Positions 47,599-56,364 of a DNA stretch of 64,000 nt are shown piece by piece. The stretch spans positions 1,475,606 to 1,539,605 of the forward strand of contig OZ245031.1 of NCBI GenBank assembly GCA_965223975.1. Reading direction: 5' to 3'. A program made the position numbers and the translations under genes. Position 1 is the first letter of the stretch, and every line of letters begins with the position of its first letter. The DNA is from Pseudomonadales bacterium. GTDB lineage: Bacteria > Pseudomonadota > Gammaproteobacteria > Pseudomonadales > JBECKS01. The notes below the pieces were generated by a model, which saw only the letters and a program-made list of their open reading frames with translations, did not search any database and was not told the origin of the DNA.

Positions 47599-48006
47599 GT
47601 GCACACAATGATTAAATGGTGTTTTTTATTTGTGATGATTTTTTTGGTCTCCTGTTCTGACAGCGGATCTGAAAAAAACATAACCATGATACAAATGGAA
47701 CAGTTTGAAACTCAATTCAACGATTTAAAAATGGATTTTGCAAAAATTCGAAAGGAAAGAGCAAATCAGGATGTGTCTTTCAATCGCAGTGAACAAGAGA
47801 AAGAGATATCCAAAATACAAAATGAAATATATCAAGCAAATAAAAAGTTCATGATAACGCGGTCTGATCAATTACTTTCTAGAATGCATGATTATCGTGA
47901 TAAGATTGCTAAAGAAAAAAATAAACAACAAATTGAAAAAATTGACCAATTGATTGAAAGCGCTGAAAGCTTTAAGAGGCAGTTACAGCCCAAAGTTAAA
48001 AGATAA
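47599..48006 (+). CDS. Putative coiled-coil lipoprotein
   Basis: Hydrophobic leader ending LVS|C (lipobox), then charged heptad-like helices. Confidence 0.65.
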   Translation: MHTMIKWCFLFVMIFLVSCSDSGSEKNITMIQMEQFETQFNDLKMDFAKIRKERANQDVSFNRSEQEKEISKIQNEIYQANKKFMITRSDQLLSRMHDYRDKIAKEKNKQQIEKIDQLIESAESFKRQLQPKVKR

Positions 48007-48068
48007 ATCCAAGCGAGAAAGTACAATTTTAGAGTTTGTTAAGTTTTTTTGTCAGTAAATATCAGGAT

Positions 48069-48086
48069 ATACCTTATTTAAGGTAT
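48069..48086. promoter_or_regulatory. Perfect 8-2-8 palindrome upstream of cydA (candidate operator)
   Basis: ATACCTTA-TT-TAAGGTAT, 36 nt before ATG 48123. Confidence 0.5.
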
Positions 48087-48122
48087 TAGAATTCAGGCGC
48101 TTAATAACTGACGAAAGTGCTT

Positions 48123-49508
48123 ATGGAATTAGATCCCTTTCTTTTATCGCGCATACAGTTTGCGATTAATATTAGCTTCCACATTTTATTTCCCAGTATC
48201 ACTATTGGTTTAGCCTGGGTTCTCTTTTACTTCAGGCTTCGTTATACCCTAACGCAAGATAAAGCATGGGAATTTGCATATTTCTTTTGGGTAAAAATAT
48301 TTGCCTTAACCTTTGCGCTTGGTGTGGTGTCAGGCATTACCATGAGTTTTCAGTTTGGCACTAATTGGCCTGGCTTTACCGAAATAACCGGAAATATATC
48401 AGGACCATTACTGGGCTACGAAGTACTAACGGCCTTCTTTTTGGAAGCCTCTTTCCTTGGCATTATGTTGTTTGGTAAAGATAAAGTAAGCAATCGTACT
48501 CATTTGATTTCTACCGCTTTAGTTGCAATAGGTACTTCTCTTTCTGCATTTTGGATTTTGAGCCTAAACTCCTGGATGCAAACACCTGATGGTTATGAAA
48601 TAAGAGATGGTGTCTTTTACGCGAAAGATTGGCTGGCCATTATATTTAATCCTTCATTCCCTTTTAGATTTGCGCATATGTTTAACGCTTGTTTGTTAAC
48701 GGCGGCATTTTTAATCTGTGGTATTAGTGCTTGGCGTATGATTGCGGGAGTTGATGGACCGGCAACTCGAGAAGTTATGAAAACCGGGATTTTAATGGCT
48801 GCTTTACTGGCCCCACTACAAGCTTTGATTGGTGATTTGCATGGTCTAAATACTTTGGAGCATCAGCCGGCAAAGATTGCAGCAATGGAAGCAGTGTGGG
48901 AGACGGAAAAGGGGGCAGCATTTACCGTTTTTGGTTTTCCTGATGAAGAAGCAAAGACAACTCACTTTGCCATTAAGATTCCTAAAGCAGCGAGTTTTAT
49001 TCTGACTCACGACTTAAATGGAGAAGTTCAAGGATTAGATGAATTCGAAGGTAAGCATCCTCCGGTGGCGCCAGTGTTTTGGTCATTTAGAATTATGCTG
49101 GGTGTTGGCATGTTAATGATTGCTACTGCTTGGTTTGGTTTTTGGGTGTTGTTTATCAAAAAATCCATGAATGATTACCTATTGCACGCGCTATCGATCA
49201 TGACTTTCTCAGGTTGGATTGCCACTTTAGCCGGTTGGTACGTTACAGAAATAGGTAGACAACCCTGGATTGTTTATGAGCTCTTGCTCGCGAAAGATGT
49301 GGTTGCAGATCATTCTAGTGCGACTTTGATGGGCACTTTGTTTGGGTATGTAGGTTTGTACGGCTTTTTGTTGTTCTCTTATATTGCCACCTTAAAATAT
49401 ATTGCGAAAAAGCCTGCGCAGTCGCTGACACTTCTGCATGAATACAGTGATCATAGCGGCCGATATAAACGGCCTGATATATCTAAGTCAGAAGAGAAGG
49501 AGGAATAA
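48123..49508 (+). CDS. cydA: Cytochrome bd ubiquinol oxidase subunit I (CioA/CydA type)
   Basis: LSRIQF....FHILFP, GVVSGITMSFQFGTNW, YEVLTAFFLEA, QPAKIAAME, GWYVTEIGRQPW; alternative GTG start at 48117. Confidence 0.95.
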   Translation: MELDPFLLSRIQFAINISFHILFPSITIGLAWVLFYFRLRYTLTQDKAWEFAYFFWVKIFALTFALGVVSGITMSFQFGTNWPGFTEITGNISGPLLGYEVLTAFFLEASFLGIMLFGKDKVSNRTHLISTALVAIGTSLSAFWILSLNSWMQTPDGYEIRDGVFYAKDWLAIIFNPSFPFRFAHMFNACLLTAAFLICGISAWRMIAGVDGPATREVMKTGILMAALLAPLQALIGDLHGLNTLEHQPAKIAAMEAVWETEKGAAFTVFGFPDEEAKTTHFAIKIPKAASFILTHDLNGEVQGLDEFEGKHPPVAPVFWSFRIMLGVGMLMIATAWFGFWVLFIKKSMNDYLLHALSIMTFSGWIATLAGWYVTEIGRQPWIVYELLLAKDVVADHSSATLMGTLFGYVGLYGFLLFSYIATLKYIAKKPAQSLTLLHEYSDHSGRYKRPDISKSEEKEE

Positions 49509-49509
49509 A

Positions 49510-50508
49510 ATGGATATGGATTACATTATTCCCGTTATTTTTATTGGCATCATGGGCTTTGCGTTGCTCATGTACGTCATCTTAGACGGCTATGACTTGG
49601 GTGTAGGTATGTTATTGCCAATCGGTGACGAGCACGAAAAAGATATTATGATCGCGTCCATAGGTCCGTTTTGGGATGCAAATGAAACTTGGATCGTATT
49701 GGGTATTGGTGTGTTGTTAATCGCATTCCCTAAAGCCCACGGCATGGTACTAACAGCGTTATATATTCCCGTTACTATTATGTTAATGGCGTTGATTTTA
49801 CGCGGGGTGGCTTTTGACTTTAGAGTAAAAGCGGGTGATGAAAAGAAAAGCCGCTGGAACTTTGCATTTTTCTTCGGTTCATTGGTTGCGTCAATGGCTC
49901 AAGGCTGGATGCTTGGAGCGTTTATTACGGGCCTAGAAGGTGGGTATATTAATTTTCTTTTTTCCGCTTTGATCTCCTTAACTTTACCTTCGCTCTATGT
50001 TGTTCTTGCTTGCGGGTGGTTGATGATCAAAACCGAAGGTCGTTTGTTTAAAAAGGCGATGTATTGGGGCAGGGTGTCTATTATTCCAATGGGTGTGGTA
50101 TTGGTATTGATGTCGATAGCTACACCATTGGTAAGCCCATCCATTGCCGCTAAGTGGTTTACCCTGCCGAATGCTATTGGCCTGTTACCCATTCCATTAA
50201 GTGTGGTTGTGTCTTACATCGTTGTGGTGTGGGTTCTAAACAACTATCAAGTCGCTAAAGCCGGTTATGCCTGGCTAGTCATGGGCGGTACGGTTTCCAT
50301 TTGTATTATGGCATCTATTGGGCTTGCGTTTAGTATGTACCCATATATTGTTCTGGATAAATTAACAATTTGGGAGGCTGCCAGTGCAACCGAATCTTTG
50401 CAGTTTGTTCTTATTGGTGTGGTGATTACCTTGCCTGCGATTATAGGTTATACCATCTTTGTGTATCGGGTGTTTTCTGGTAAAGCTGAAGAGCTTACAT
50501 ACGAATAG
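49510..50508 (+). CDS. cydB: Cytochrome bd ubiquinol oxidase subunit II
   Basis: YVILDGYDLGVG, IGPFWDANETW, LILRGVAFDFR; ATG 49510 with GGAGG RBS. Confidence 0.95.
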   Translation: MDMDYIIPVIFIGIMGFALLMYVILDGYDLGVGMLLPIGDEHEKDIMIASIGPFWDANETWIVLGIGVLLIAFPKAHGMVLTALYIPVTIMLMALILRGVAFDFRVKAGDEKKSRWNFAFFFGSLVASMAQGWMLGAFITGLEGGYINFLFSALISLTLPSLYVVLACGWLMIKTEGRLFKKAMYWGRVSIIPMGVVLVLMSIATPLVSPSIAAKWFTLPNAIGLLPIPLSVVVSYIVVVWVLNNYQVAKAGYAWLVMGGTVSICIMASIGLAFSMYPYIVLDKLTIWEAASATESLQFVLIGVVITLPAIIGYTIFVYRVFSGKAEELTYE

Positions 50509-50514
50509 GTTTTA

Positions 50515-51702
50515 TTAGCTTGTTTGCAGTAGTGCCTTAAATCTTTGTTCAAGCTTATTTAGCTGATCTTGATCGCCGAAGGACTTTGGAATCGAAATAC
50601 AAATCAAGGTCATGCTGTCCAACTGAACAATACCTAGGCTTAAGGATACCCCTTCTATAGGAATCGGAATTGGATAAAAGGCTGAGGGTGCGAAGTTTTC
50701 GGTGGCTAAGCTATCAGCTTTTACTTTGCCCAAATGGGAAATGATTGCGCTTATGTTGCATTGGTCGTTCTTGTAGAGCTTCCTAAAAAATTTGTCGGCG
50801 GGTTTAAAGGACAACTTTGGTAGCCAGCGGGCAATGCCAAGATTATTTCTGAATACCGAAAGGTCTAGATTGCGGCGCTTATAAGCGAGAATTTTTTTAT
50901 ATAGACTGTCTTCGTTATCACTATCTAAAATCTCAAAATCTATTGAGCCAGTTAGGTTGCCCATCTGAAAACCATCGTCATCCACTAAGCGCCTGAGGTC
51001 CGAAGGAATTCTTATACAAACATTTCCTGCTGGAAAGCTTTCCCTGCAAAGTTTTGCAATATTACAAAGCAGTTTAGGTACCAAGCGTCCACTATCACCT
51101 TGGATACTCAAGGCCTTCCAAATAAACTCATTTAAAGGTGCTTCTAAGTTTGGTTTGTTGATGGGTGACCAGGGTTTGGCTTCTAGGTGGGGTTTAGCAC
51201 GGAAGTAATTCTGCGCCACTTGATAATCATGCATATTGGCAAGAGAGCCTAGTAACTCTTCAGAACGTAGGGCTCTAAAAATTTCCTTAATCCAATGCAT
51301 CATACCGGCACCATCGCAAATGGCATGGTGAACTCTGAAAATAATATGAAGTTGCTCGGCCCGGTTGAGAATGACTTGAGCGTTGGGGCCTTTTCGACAG
51401 TCCAAAGGCTTATCAGCAAAAAACGCTTTATCGCGACTTAAACCATCCCAGCTTTGCCGGTACTCGATAACTTCTGGTATTAATTCGGCTTGCTTCCATC
51501 GCCGATTTTTCCATCTACCTTCAAGTTGAAGCTTAATTCGTGGATTGGCCTGCGCTGCAGTAAAAACAGCGCGCTCCATATCAACTAAAGAGATATTCCC
51601 ATTGCCTATTACTACGAACTGGTTTACGTAGGGCGAGTTATCTTTAGTGTCCGAGGCGAGATAGCTGATCTCCAAAGGAGAAATCTCAAAAAACTGGCTC
51701 AA
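50515..51702 (-). CDS. Stand-alone condensation-domain / CoA-dependent acyltransferase
   Basis: HHxxxDG motif (FRVHHAICDGAG), PSDLRRL...GNL second-lobe pattern; no A or T domain. Confidence 0.75.
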   Translation of the reverse strand: MSQFFEISPLEISYLASDTKDNSPYVNQFVVIGNGNISLVDMERAVFTAAQANPRIKLQLEGRWKNRRWKQAELIPEVIEYRQSWDGLSRDKAFFADKPLDCRKGPNAQVILNRAEQLHIIFRVHHAICDGAGMMHWIKEIFRALRSEELLGSLANMHDYQVAQNYFRAKPHLEAKPWSPINKPNLEAPLNEFIWKALSIQGDSGRLVPKLLCNIAKLCRESFPAGNVCIRIPSDLRRLVDDDGFQMGNLTGSIDFEILDSDNEDSLYKKILAYKRRNLDLSVFRNNLGIARWLPKLSFKPADKFFRKLYKNDQCNISAIISHLGKVKADSLATENFAPSAFYPIPIPIEGVSLSLGIVQLDSMTLICISIPKSFGDQDQLNKLEQRFKALLQTS

Positions 51703-51780
51703 TCTTAGATTCCTTTTGCGTCACTCTTTTTGGTCGTTAGGTATCCATACTTGTACTAGCTACATTAAATAGCAATAGGT

Positions 51781-52194
51781 CTATATGATACTCTTTGTGA
51801 CCCTAGCGCTGGCTATCATTTTTTCTCTTACAAAAACTTCACTGTCGATAAAAGCTAATCGTCTTCCTAAGCGTTGAACTTTGGCTTTTACCTCAAGGAA
51901 ATCGCCCAATGACGCGGGTCTCATAACCGATACATGAATGTCGTGTGTGACCCCATCTTTGTCCTGATCAAGCACGCTAACTAAGGCGCTATAAGCACAT
52001 ACATCACAGAGTAGGTATACGATTCCACCATGAAGCGAGCCTCGAGGGTTTAGTCCGTGTTCGTTTAAAGTAATGCTAAAACTTGCTTGCCCAGATTCAG
52101 ACTGAATTGACTCAATGCCGAGTTGCTTGTGTAATGGTAATTCTAGATTATCAGTAATTTTTGAATTCATTGTAATAGTATAAAACCAAGACAC
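51781..52194 (-). CDS. PaaI-family thioesterase
   Basis: NPRGSLHGGIVYLLCD, V.RLGRRLAF. Confidence 0.9.
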   Translation of the reverse strand: MSWFYTITMNSKITDNLELPLHKQLGIESIQSESGQASFSITLNEHGLNPRGSLHGGIVYLLCDVCAYSALVSVLDQDKDGVTHDIHVSVMRPASLGDFLEVKAKVQRLGRRLAFIDSEVFVREKMIASARVTKSII

Positions 52195-52199
52195 TTAAT

Positions 52200-52625
52200 A
52201 TGAAACTAAGCGAAAGCCCGGCTGTACAAAAGTTTCAATCTTATCCCTCTGATATTCAACACAAACTGTTATCTATACACCAGCTTATTATCGAGGTGGC
52301 AGAAAATAAACAGTTGGGAAAACCGGAGCAAAGTTTAAAGTGGGGTGAACCTAGCTATCTTGTTAAAGGTGGAAGCCCCATTCGCCTGGATAGAAGATCC
52401 AAGACTCCGGAGCAATACGCGTTATTTTTTTCGTGTAATTCAAAGCTAGTTGACACGTTTAGGGAAATCTATGGTGATGTGCTTAGCTTTGAAGGCAATC
52501 GGGCCATAGTATTTCATAAGACTGATCGTGTGCCGAAGCGGGCCTTAGCTCACTGTATCGAGCTCGCGATGACTTATCACAAAGTTAAAAGTCTACCTTT
52601 GCTGGGCGCTTCCATTCAATCTTAA
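52200..52625 (+). CDS. DUF1801/YdhG-like protein
   Basis: SLKWGEPSY, FEGNRAI, CIELAMTYH. Confidence 0.8.
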   Translation: MKLSESPAVQKFQSYPSDIQHKLLSIHQLIIEVAENKQLGKPEQSLKWGEPSYLVKGGSPIRLDRRSKTPEQYALFFSCNSKLVDTFREIYGDVLSFEGNRAIVFHKTDRVPKRALAHCIELAMTYHKVKSLPLLGASIQS

Positions 52626-53455
52626 TCGTTTTTTATAATTTGATTATTTTCTAATCGTATTTCGCGTTTTTTGTACAAACGCCCGACCGCTTTTTTAAAT
52701 GCACCTTTACTGATCCCAAAGATATCTGCAATCAATTGGGGTTCACTTTTATCATTTATGTCACTCAGACCATGATTGGCGTTTAAATAGTCTAATATCT
52801 TTTGCTCATCTTTATCGCGACTTTCTTGGCCAAACTGAAGGCTTAGATCGATTCGCCCGTCGGGCCTTACAGATTTTATAAAGCCGCCGATTGATTGTCC
52901 GAAGCTAAGCGTTTGGTGAACCTCGTTTTTATACAGCATTCCCCAATGACCATGGTCAACGATGGCTTTTAAGCCAAGGTCGGTTGAATTGGCGATGATG
53001 AGCTTAACCGTATCACCAACCTTATAACTATGAGGTTTCTCGTAGTCTAAGAATTTATCAATCTTAGTGGATCCTGTAATGCGTGAATCGACTTTATCGA
53101 TATAGACATAAAGTAGATAGGACTTGCCCACTTCTAGTGGTCTATGTTGTTCGCCAAAAGGCACAAGTAAGTCTTTGTCCAAACCCCAATCAAAAAAAGT
53201 ACCGTATTTATTTGAATCAATGGCTTTTAGGTAGGCGAATTGGCCCACACACACTTTAGGTTGCTGAGTTGTAGCGATGGGAAGGTCTTCGCTATCCAGA
53301 TATAAAAACACATCGACTTCGTCGCCTTTAGATAGGTTTTTAGGCGCATGTTTTTTGGGAAGTAAAACATCACCATAGTTGTGCCCATTTAGTAGCAAAC
53401 CTGGAGGCACTATTTTGCTGACACGCAAACGATGGTGTTGGCCCATTTTTATCAT
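52622..53455 (-). CDS. cvfB: S1 RNA-binding domain protein CvfB/YitL
   Basis: VFLYLDSED..IATT, GTFFDWGLDKDLLVPF.EQ, FGISKGAFKKAVG.LYK (winged helix). Confidence 0.88.
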   Translation of the reverse strand: MIKMGQHHRLRVSKIVPPGLLLNGHNYGDVLLPKKHAPKNLSKGDEVDVFLYLDSEDLPIATTQQPKVCVGQFAYLKAIDSNKYGTFFDWGLDKDLLVPFGEQHRPLEVGKSYLLYVYIDKVDSRITGSTKIDKFLDYEKPHSYKVGDTVKLIIANSTDLGLKAIVDHGHWGMLYKNEVHQTLSFGQSIGGFIKSVRPDGRIDLSLQFGQESRDKDEQKILDYLNANHGLSDINDKSEPQLIADIFGISKGAFKKAVGRLYKKREIRLENNQIIKND

Positions 53456-53496
53456 GGATAGTCTCTTTACTATTTTTGGCTTTTTGGGAAGGGGGC

Positions 53497-53931
53497 TTAA
53501 AGGTGTTTAGATAAACGATCCATCCCTATCATACCAAGCACCATGCAGATCACAAAAACAAATGTTTGAGTATTTAACGAAACTAAGGACGCGAGGGCAG
53601 GGCCTGGGCAAAAGCCATAGATGCCCCAGCCGATGCCAAAGAGCATAGCGCCGATAATGAGGTGTTTATCGATTTCTGTTTTTTCTGGAATATAAAATTG
53701 TGAGTCGAATACAGGTTTTTCTATTTTGAATAAAAAATGATAAGCCGTACTGGTGACTGCGATCGCGCCGACCATCACAAAAATCAAACTGATATTCCAG
53801 TCGCCAAAGACATCTAAAAACCCAGTGACAATGGCCGGGTCAGTCATACCCGAAAGAGCCAGACCAATTCCAAATAGAATGCCAGCTAATAAATATACAA
53901 AAGATTTTTTTATGAGTGCGCTAGAGGACAT
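53497..53931 (-). CDS. YeeE/YedE-family sulfur transport membrane protein (second subunit)
   Basis: GL..SGMTDP....[19 protein letters not shown]. Confidence 0.88.
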   Translation of the reverse strand: MSSSALIKKSFVYLLAGILFGIGLALSGMTDPAIVTGFLDVFGDWNISLIFVMVGAIAVTSTAYHFLFKIEKPVFDSQFYIPEKTEIDKHLIIGAMLFGIGWGIYGFCPGPALASLVSLNTQTFVFVICMVLGMIGMDRLSKHL

Positions 53932-54340
53932 GTTTAACCACCCCCACGGTAAGCATACCTAAGAATATAAAGGTTATAGTGGCGCTCAGTGAACGAATAG
54001 AGAAGCGGCTGATACCACACACGCCATGCCCGCTTGTGCACCCGCTACCTAGTTTTGTACCTGCGCCGACAAAGAGTCCTGCAATAATGGCGCTTGGCAT
54101 ACCCGCTATAGGCTCAGGAAAAGATTGACCGCTGCTTAAATAGTAAATGCTTGCACCTAACATTAAGCCCGCAATAAATAATAAATTGGGTAAAGCTTGC
54201 AAGGGCTTTTTGATTTGGCTGACTCCGCCAAAGAGTATTCCAGATATGCCGGCGATGCGCCCATAAAAGGCCATTAGCAGAATAGCGCTTAAGCCAATCA
54301 GTAAACCTCCCAGCGTGGCATTGATATAAGCGTAATCCAT
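53921..54340 (-). CDS. YeeE/YedE-family sulfur transport membrane protein (first subunit)
   Basis: GGLLIGL......[28 protein letters not shown]. Confidence 0.9.
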   Translation of the reverse strand: MDYAYINATLGGLLIGLSAILLMAFYGRIAGISGILFGGVSQIKKPLQALPNLLFIAGLMLGASIYYLSSGQSFPEPIAGMPSAIIAGLFVGAGTKLGSGCTSGHGVCGISRFSIRSLSATITFIFLGMLTVGVVKHVL

Positions 54341-55056
54341 TAAGCACCGGCCTCCATTTTTTGTTGATTGTTTCCACAGGATTGATTAGCGGGAACAGCC
54401 TGGTCGATGAACTTTGGTTTCGCCAACTTAAGCTCCTGCATCATTTTTACGAATTCTTTTTCATCGCGTTTGGCAATGCGCGGGTTATGCAGGTTTTCTT
54501 CACCGATGCTTGAAACATTTCGTCCGTTGTAATCATGGCCGGGGTAGACCCAGGTGGAATCTTCAAGCTTAAGTAACCTGTTCAAGCTAGCAAATAGCTT
54601 ATGGGGATCACCATTTTGAAAATCTGTTCGGCCAGTGCCTCGAATAAGCAGGGTGTCGCCGGTAAAAAGGTATTGGCCTTCGCCATCTTTTAATAAAAAT
54701 GAATAAGAATCTTCCGTATGACCCGGCGTGTGGATGGCCTCGAGCGTCAATGAACCTAGAGTAATTTGATCCCCGTCTTTAAAATTGTGAGAGGCGCACT
54801 CAACGCCTGCTTCAATCCCGCTATAACTCTCGGAGTTTAAGCGTTCGCGTAGCTGGCCAGCACCAGTTATATGATCGGCATGAACATGTGTCTCTATAGT
54901 TTTAACGAGGGTCAGACCCAGTTCTTCCAAATACTGTATCAACATATCCACCTGTCCGAGTACGGGGTCGATGATGATGGCTTCTTTACTTGCTTCACAA
55001 GCTAATAGGTAGCTAAATGAATAGGTTTCGTGATCAAATACTTGTCTAAAGATCAT
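54340..55056 (-). CDS. Persulfide dioxygenase (ETHE1/Blh-like metallo-beta-lactamase)
   Basis: ETHVHADHITG, TPGHT, FTGDTLLIRGTGRTDFQ, PGHDY, VPANQSCG. Confidence 0.88.
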   Translation of the reverse strand: MIFRQVFDHETYSFSYLLACEASKEAIIIDPVLGQVDMLIQYLEELGLTLVKTIETHVHADHITGAGQLRERLNSESYSGIEAGVECASHNFKDGDQITLGSLTLEAIHTPGHTEDSYSFLLKDGEGQYLFTGDTLLIRGTGRTDFQNGDPHKLFASLNRLLKLEDSTWVYPGHDYNGRNVSSIGEENLHNPRIAKRDEKEFVKMMQELKLAKPKFIDQAVPANQSCGNNQQKMEAGA

Positions 55057-55075
55057 AGTAGTTTCTCCTGAGCCC

Positions 55076-55918
55076 TTAAGCGCTAGGCAAATAGCCGAAC
55101 TGTTTTAAAATGATAAGAAAAGATAAAAAGATGATGGTGGCAGAAAATATTTTTTGTAGTTTTGCCCCATTAATTTTTTTGGCGATTAAGCCGCCAAGCA
55201 ACATACCGATCAGTCCGCCAGCACTGACTAGATATAAGAGATCGCCGGTTACAAGAGTACCTTGAAAGAAATGAGTGAGTATGGCGCTTGAGCTTACCGC
55301 ACTAATAATTACGAGTGAGGTTGCCACCGCTTGTTGTATCGATATACCGGTTAAAAACATCAAGGTGGGTACGATGATAAAGCCACCGCCAACTCCGAAC
55401 AATCCTGATAAAATTCCGGTTAAGCTTGCCCCACCCAACATGCCTACAAAGCATCTCGGTCCAAACTGAAAACTTTGCTTTTGATTCATGCGGCAGTAGG
55501 GATCATTGGTTTCTGAGGTCTCGCTATTGAATTGGGCACGAGAGATATTTAACTCTTCTGGTTTTAAATTCGCTTGTCTCCACATCCGGCGGGCAACGAT
55601 AGCGACTACAAATAAAAAGCCAAGTAGTACCGCGCTTTCTGGAATCAAACGATTGAGGAAAGTACCTAGAGGCGTGAAGGCCGAGCCGATAATGGCGAAC
55701 ATCATTGCGGGCAACCAAACAATGTCATCACTTCTTAAACGGCTTAAGGTCCCAAACAAAGAGCTGGCAGCGACAGCGCATAGAGCTACGGTAACCGCTT
55801 CTTGTGGGTTAAGGTTCAATAATAAAATCAGCAAAGGCAGGGCAATGATTGAGCCTCCCGCGCCTGTTAGGCCTAGAACCAAACCAATTAATATGCCGAC
55901 TAATATGCTAATGAACAT
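55076..55918 (-). CDS. TauE/SafE sulfite exporter family protein
   Basis: Two GxGGG repeats (GLTGAGGSII; GLFGVGGGFIIVP), QAVATSL. Confidence 0.9.
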   Translation of the reverse strand: MFISILVGILIGLVLGLTGAGGSIIALPLLILLLNLNPQEAVTVALCAVAASSLFGTLSRLRSDDIVWLPAMMFAIIGSAFTPLGTFLNRLIPESAVLLGFLFVVAIVARRMWRQANLKPEELNISRAQFNSETSETNDPYCRMNQKQSFQFGPRCFVGMLGGASLTGILSGLFGVGGGFIIVPTLMFLTGISIQQAVATSLVIISAVSSSAILTHFFQGTLVTGDLLYLVSAGGLIGMLLGGLIAKKINGAKLQKIFSATIIFLSFLIILKQFGYLPSA

Positions 55919-55937
55919 GGTGGTCTCAAAGATAAGT

Positions 55938-56198
55938 TTATAAGTATTTGGATAAGAGCAACTTGATCATATCGCTGTCGAGTTCGGTGCTTGGAGCCTG
56001 TTCCATAATCTGCTCCTCGATCATGCAGGTCAGCATTAAGTGATGGCTTTTTTCTAGGGCTTTTCTAGCGGCACTCATTTGCTGGGCAATTTTTTCACAA
56101 TCAGCATCTTCAACAATGAGTTTCTGAATGCCTCTTAACTGACCCTCGATCCGCGCCATGCGTTTGAGGATTTGGTCTTTGGTGTCGTTCTTGCTCAT
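55938..56198 (-). CDS. CsoR/RcnR-family repressor (86 aa)
   Basis: LKRMARIEGQLRGIQKL...DCEKIAQQMSAARKAL; ATG 56198 with GGAG RBS. Confidence 0.9.
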   Translation of the reverse strand: MSKNDTKDQILKRMARIEGQLRGIQKLIVEDADCEKIAQQMSAARKALEKSHHLMLTCMIEEQIMEQAPSTELDSDMIKLLLSKYL

Positions 56199-56219
56199 AT
56201 TTATCTCCATATTCAGTAT

Positions 56220-56249
56220 ACTATACCCCCTAGGGTATACTTTTGGCAA
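56220..56249 (-). promoter_or_regulatory. sigma70 promoter with a CsoR-type operator in its spacer
   Basis: Minus strand TTGCCA-N18-TATAGT; spacer contains the inverted repeat TATACCC-TAGG-GGGTATA (56222-56239), a G/C tract with AT-rich flanks. Confidence 0.75.
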
Positions 56250-56291
56250 GACAAATGAACAAGAAAAAGATAAGAGTAAAAACGCAGGCAT

Positions 56292-56316
56292 AAAAAAACC
56301 GGGACAGAGTCCGGTT
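56292..56316 (-). terminator. Intrinsic terminator of glnK-amtB
   Basis: Minus strand AACCGGAC-TCT-GTCCCGGTT followed by TTTTT. Confidence 0.8.
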
Positions 56317-56364
56317 CTTTTAATTGCTATGAAAGACCTTTGTCTCAGGCCTTTGGAATAAGGC

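Noticed and set aside
46043-47608. Long antisense ORFs over aceA (46043-46279, 46799-47260, 47309-47608)
   Set aside because: Shadow frames of a strongly codon-biased gene; no RBS or protein-like features
50509-50514. cydX small subunit after cydB
   Set aside because: Only 6 nt separate cydB from the convergent gene; there is no room
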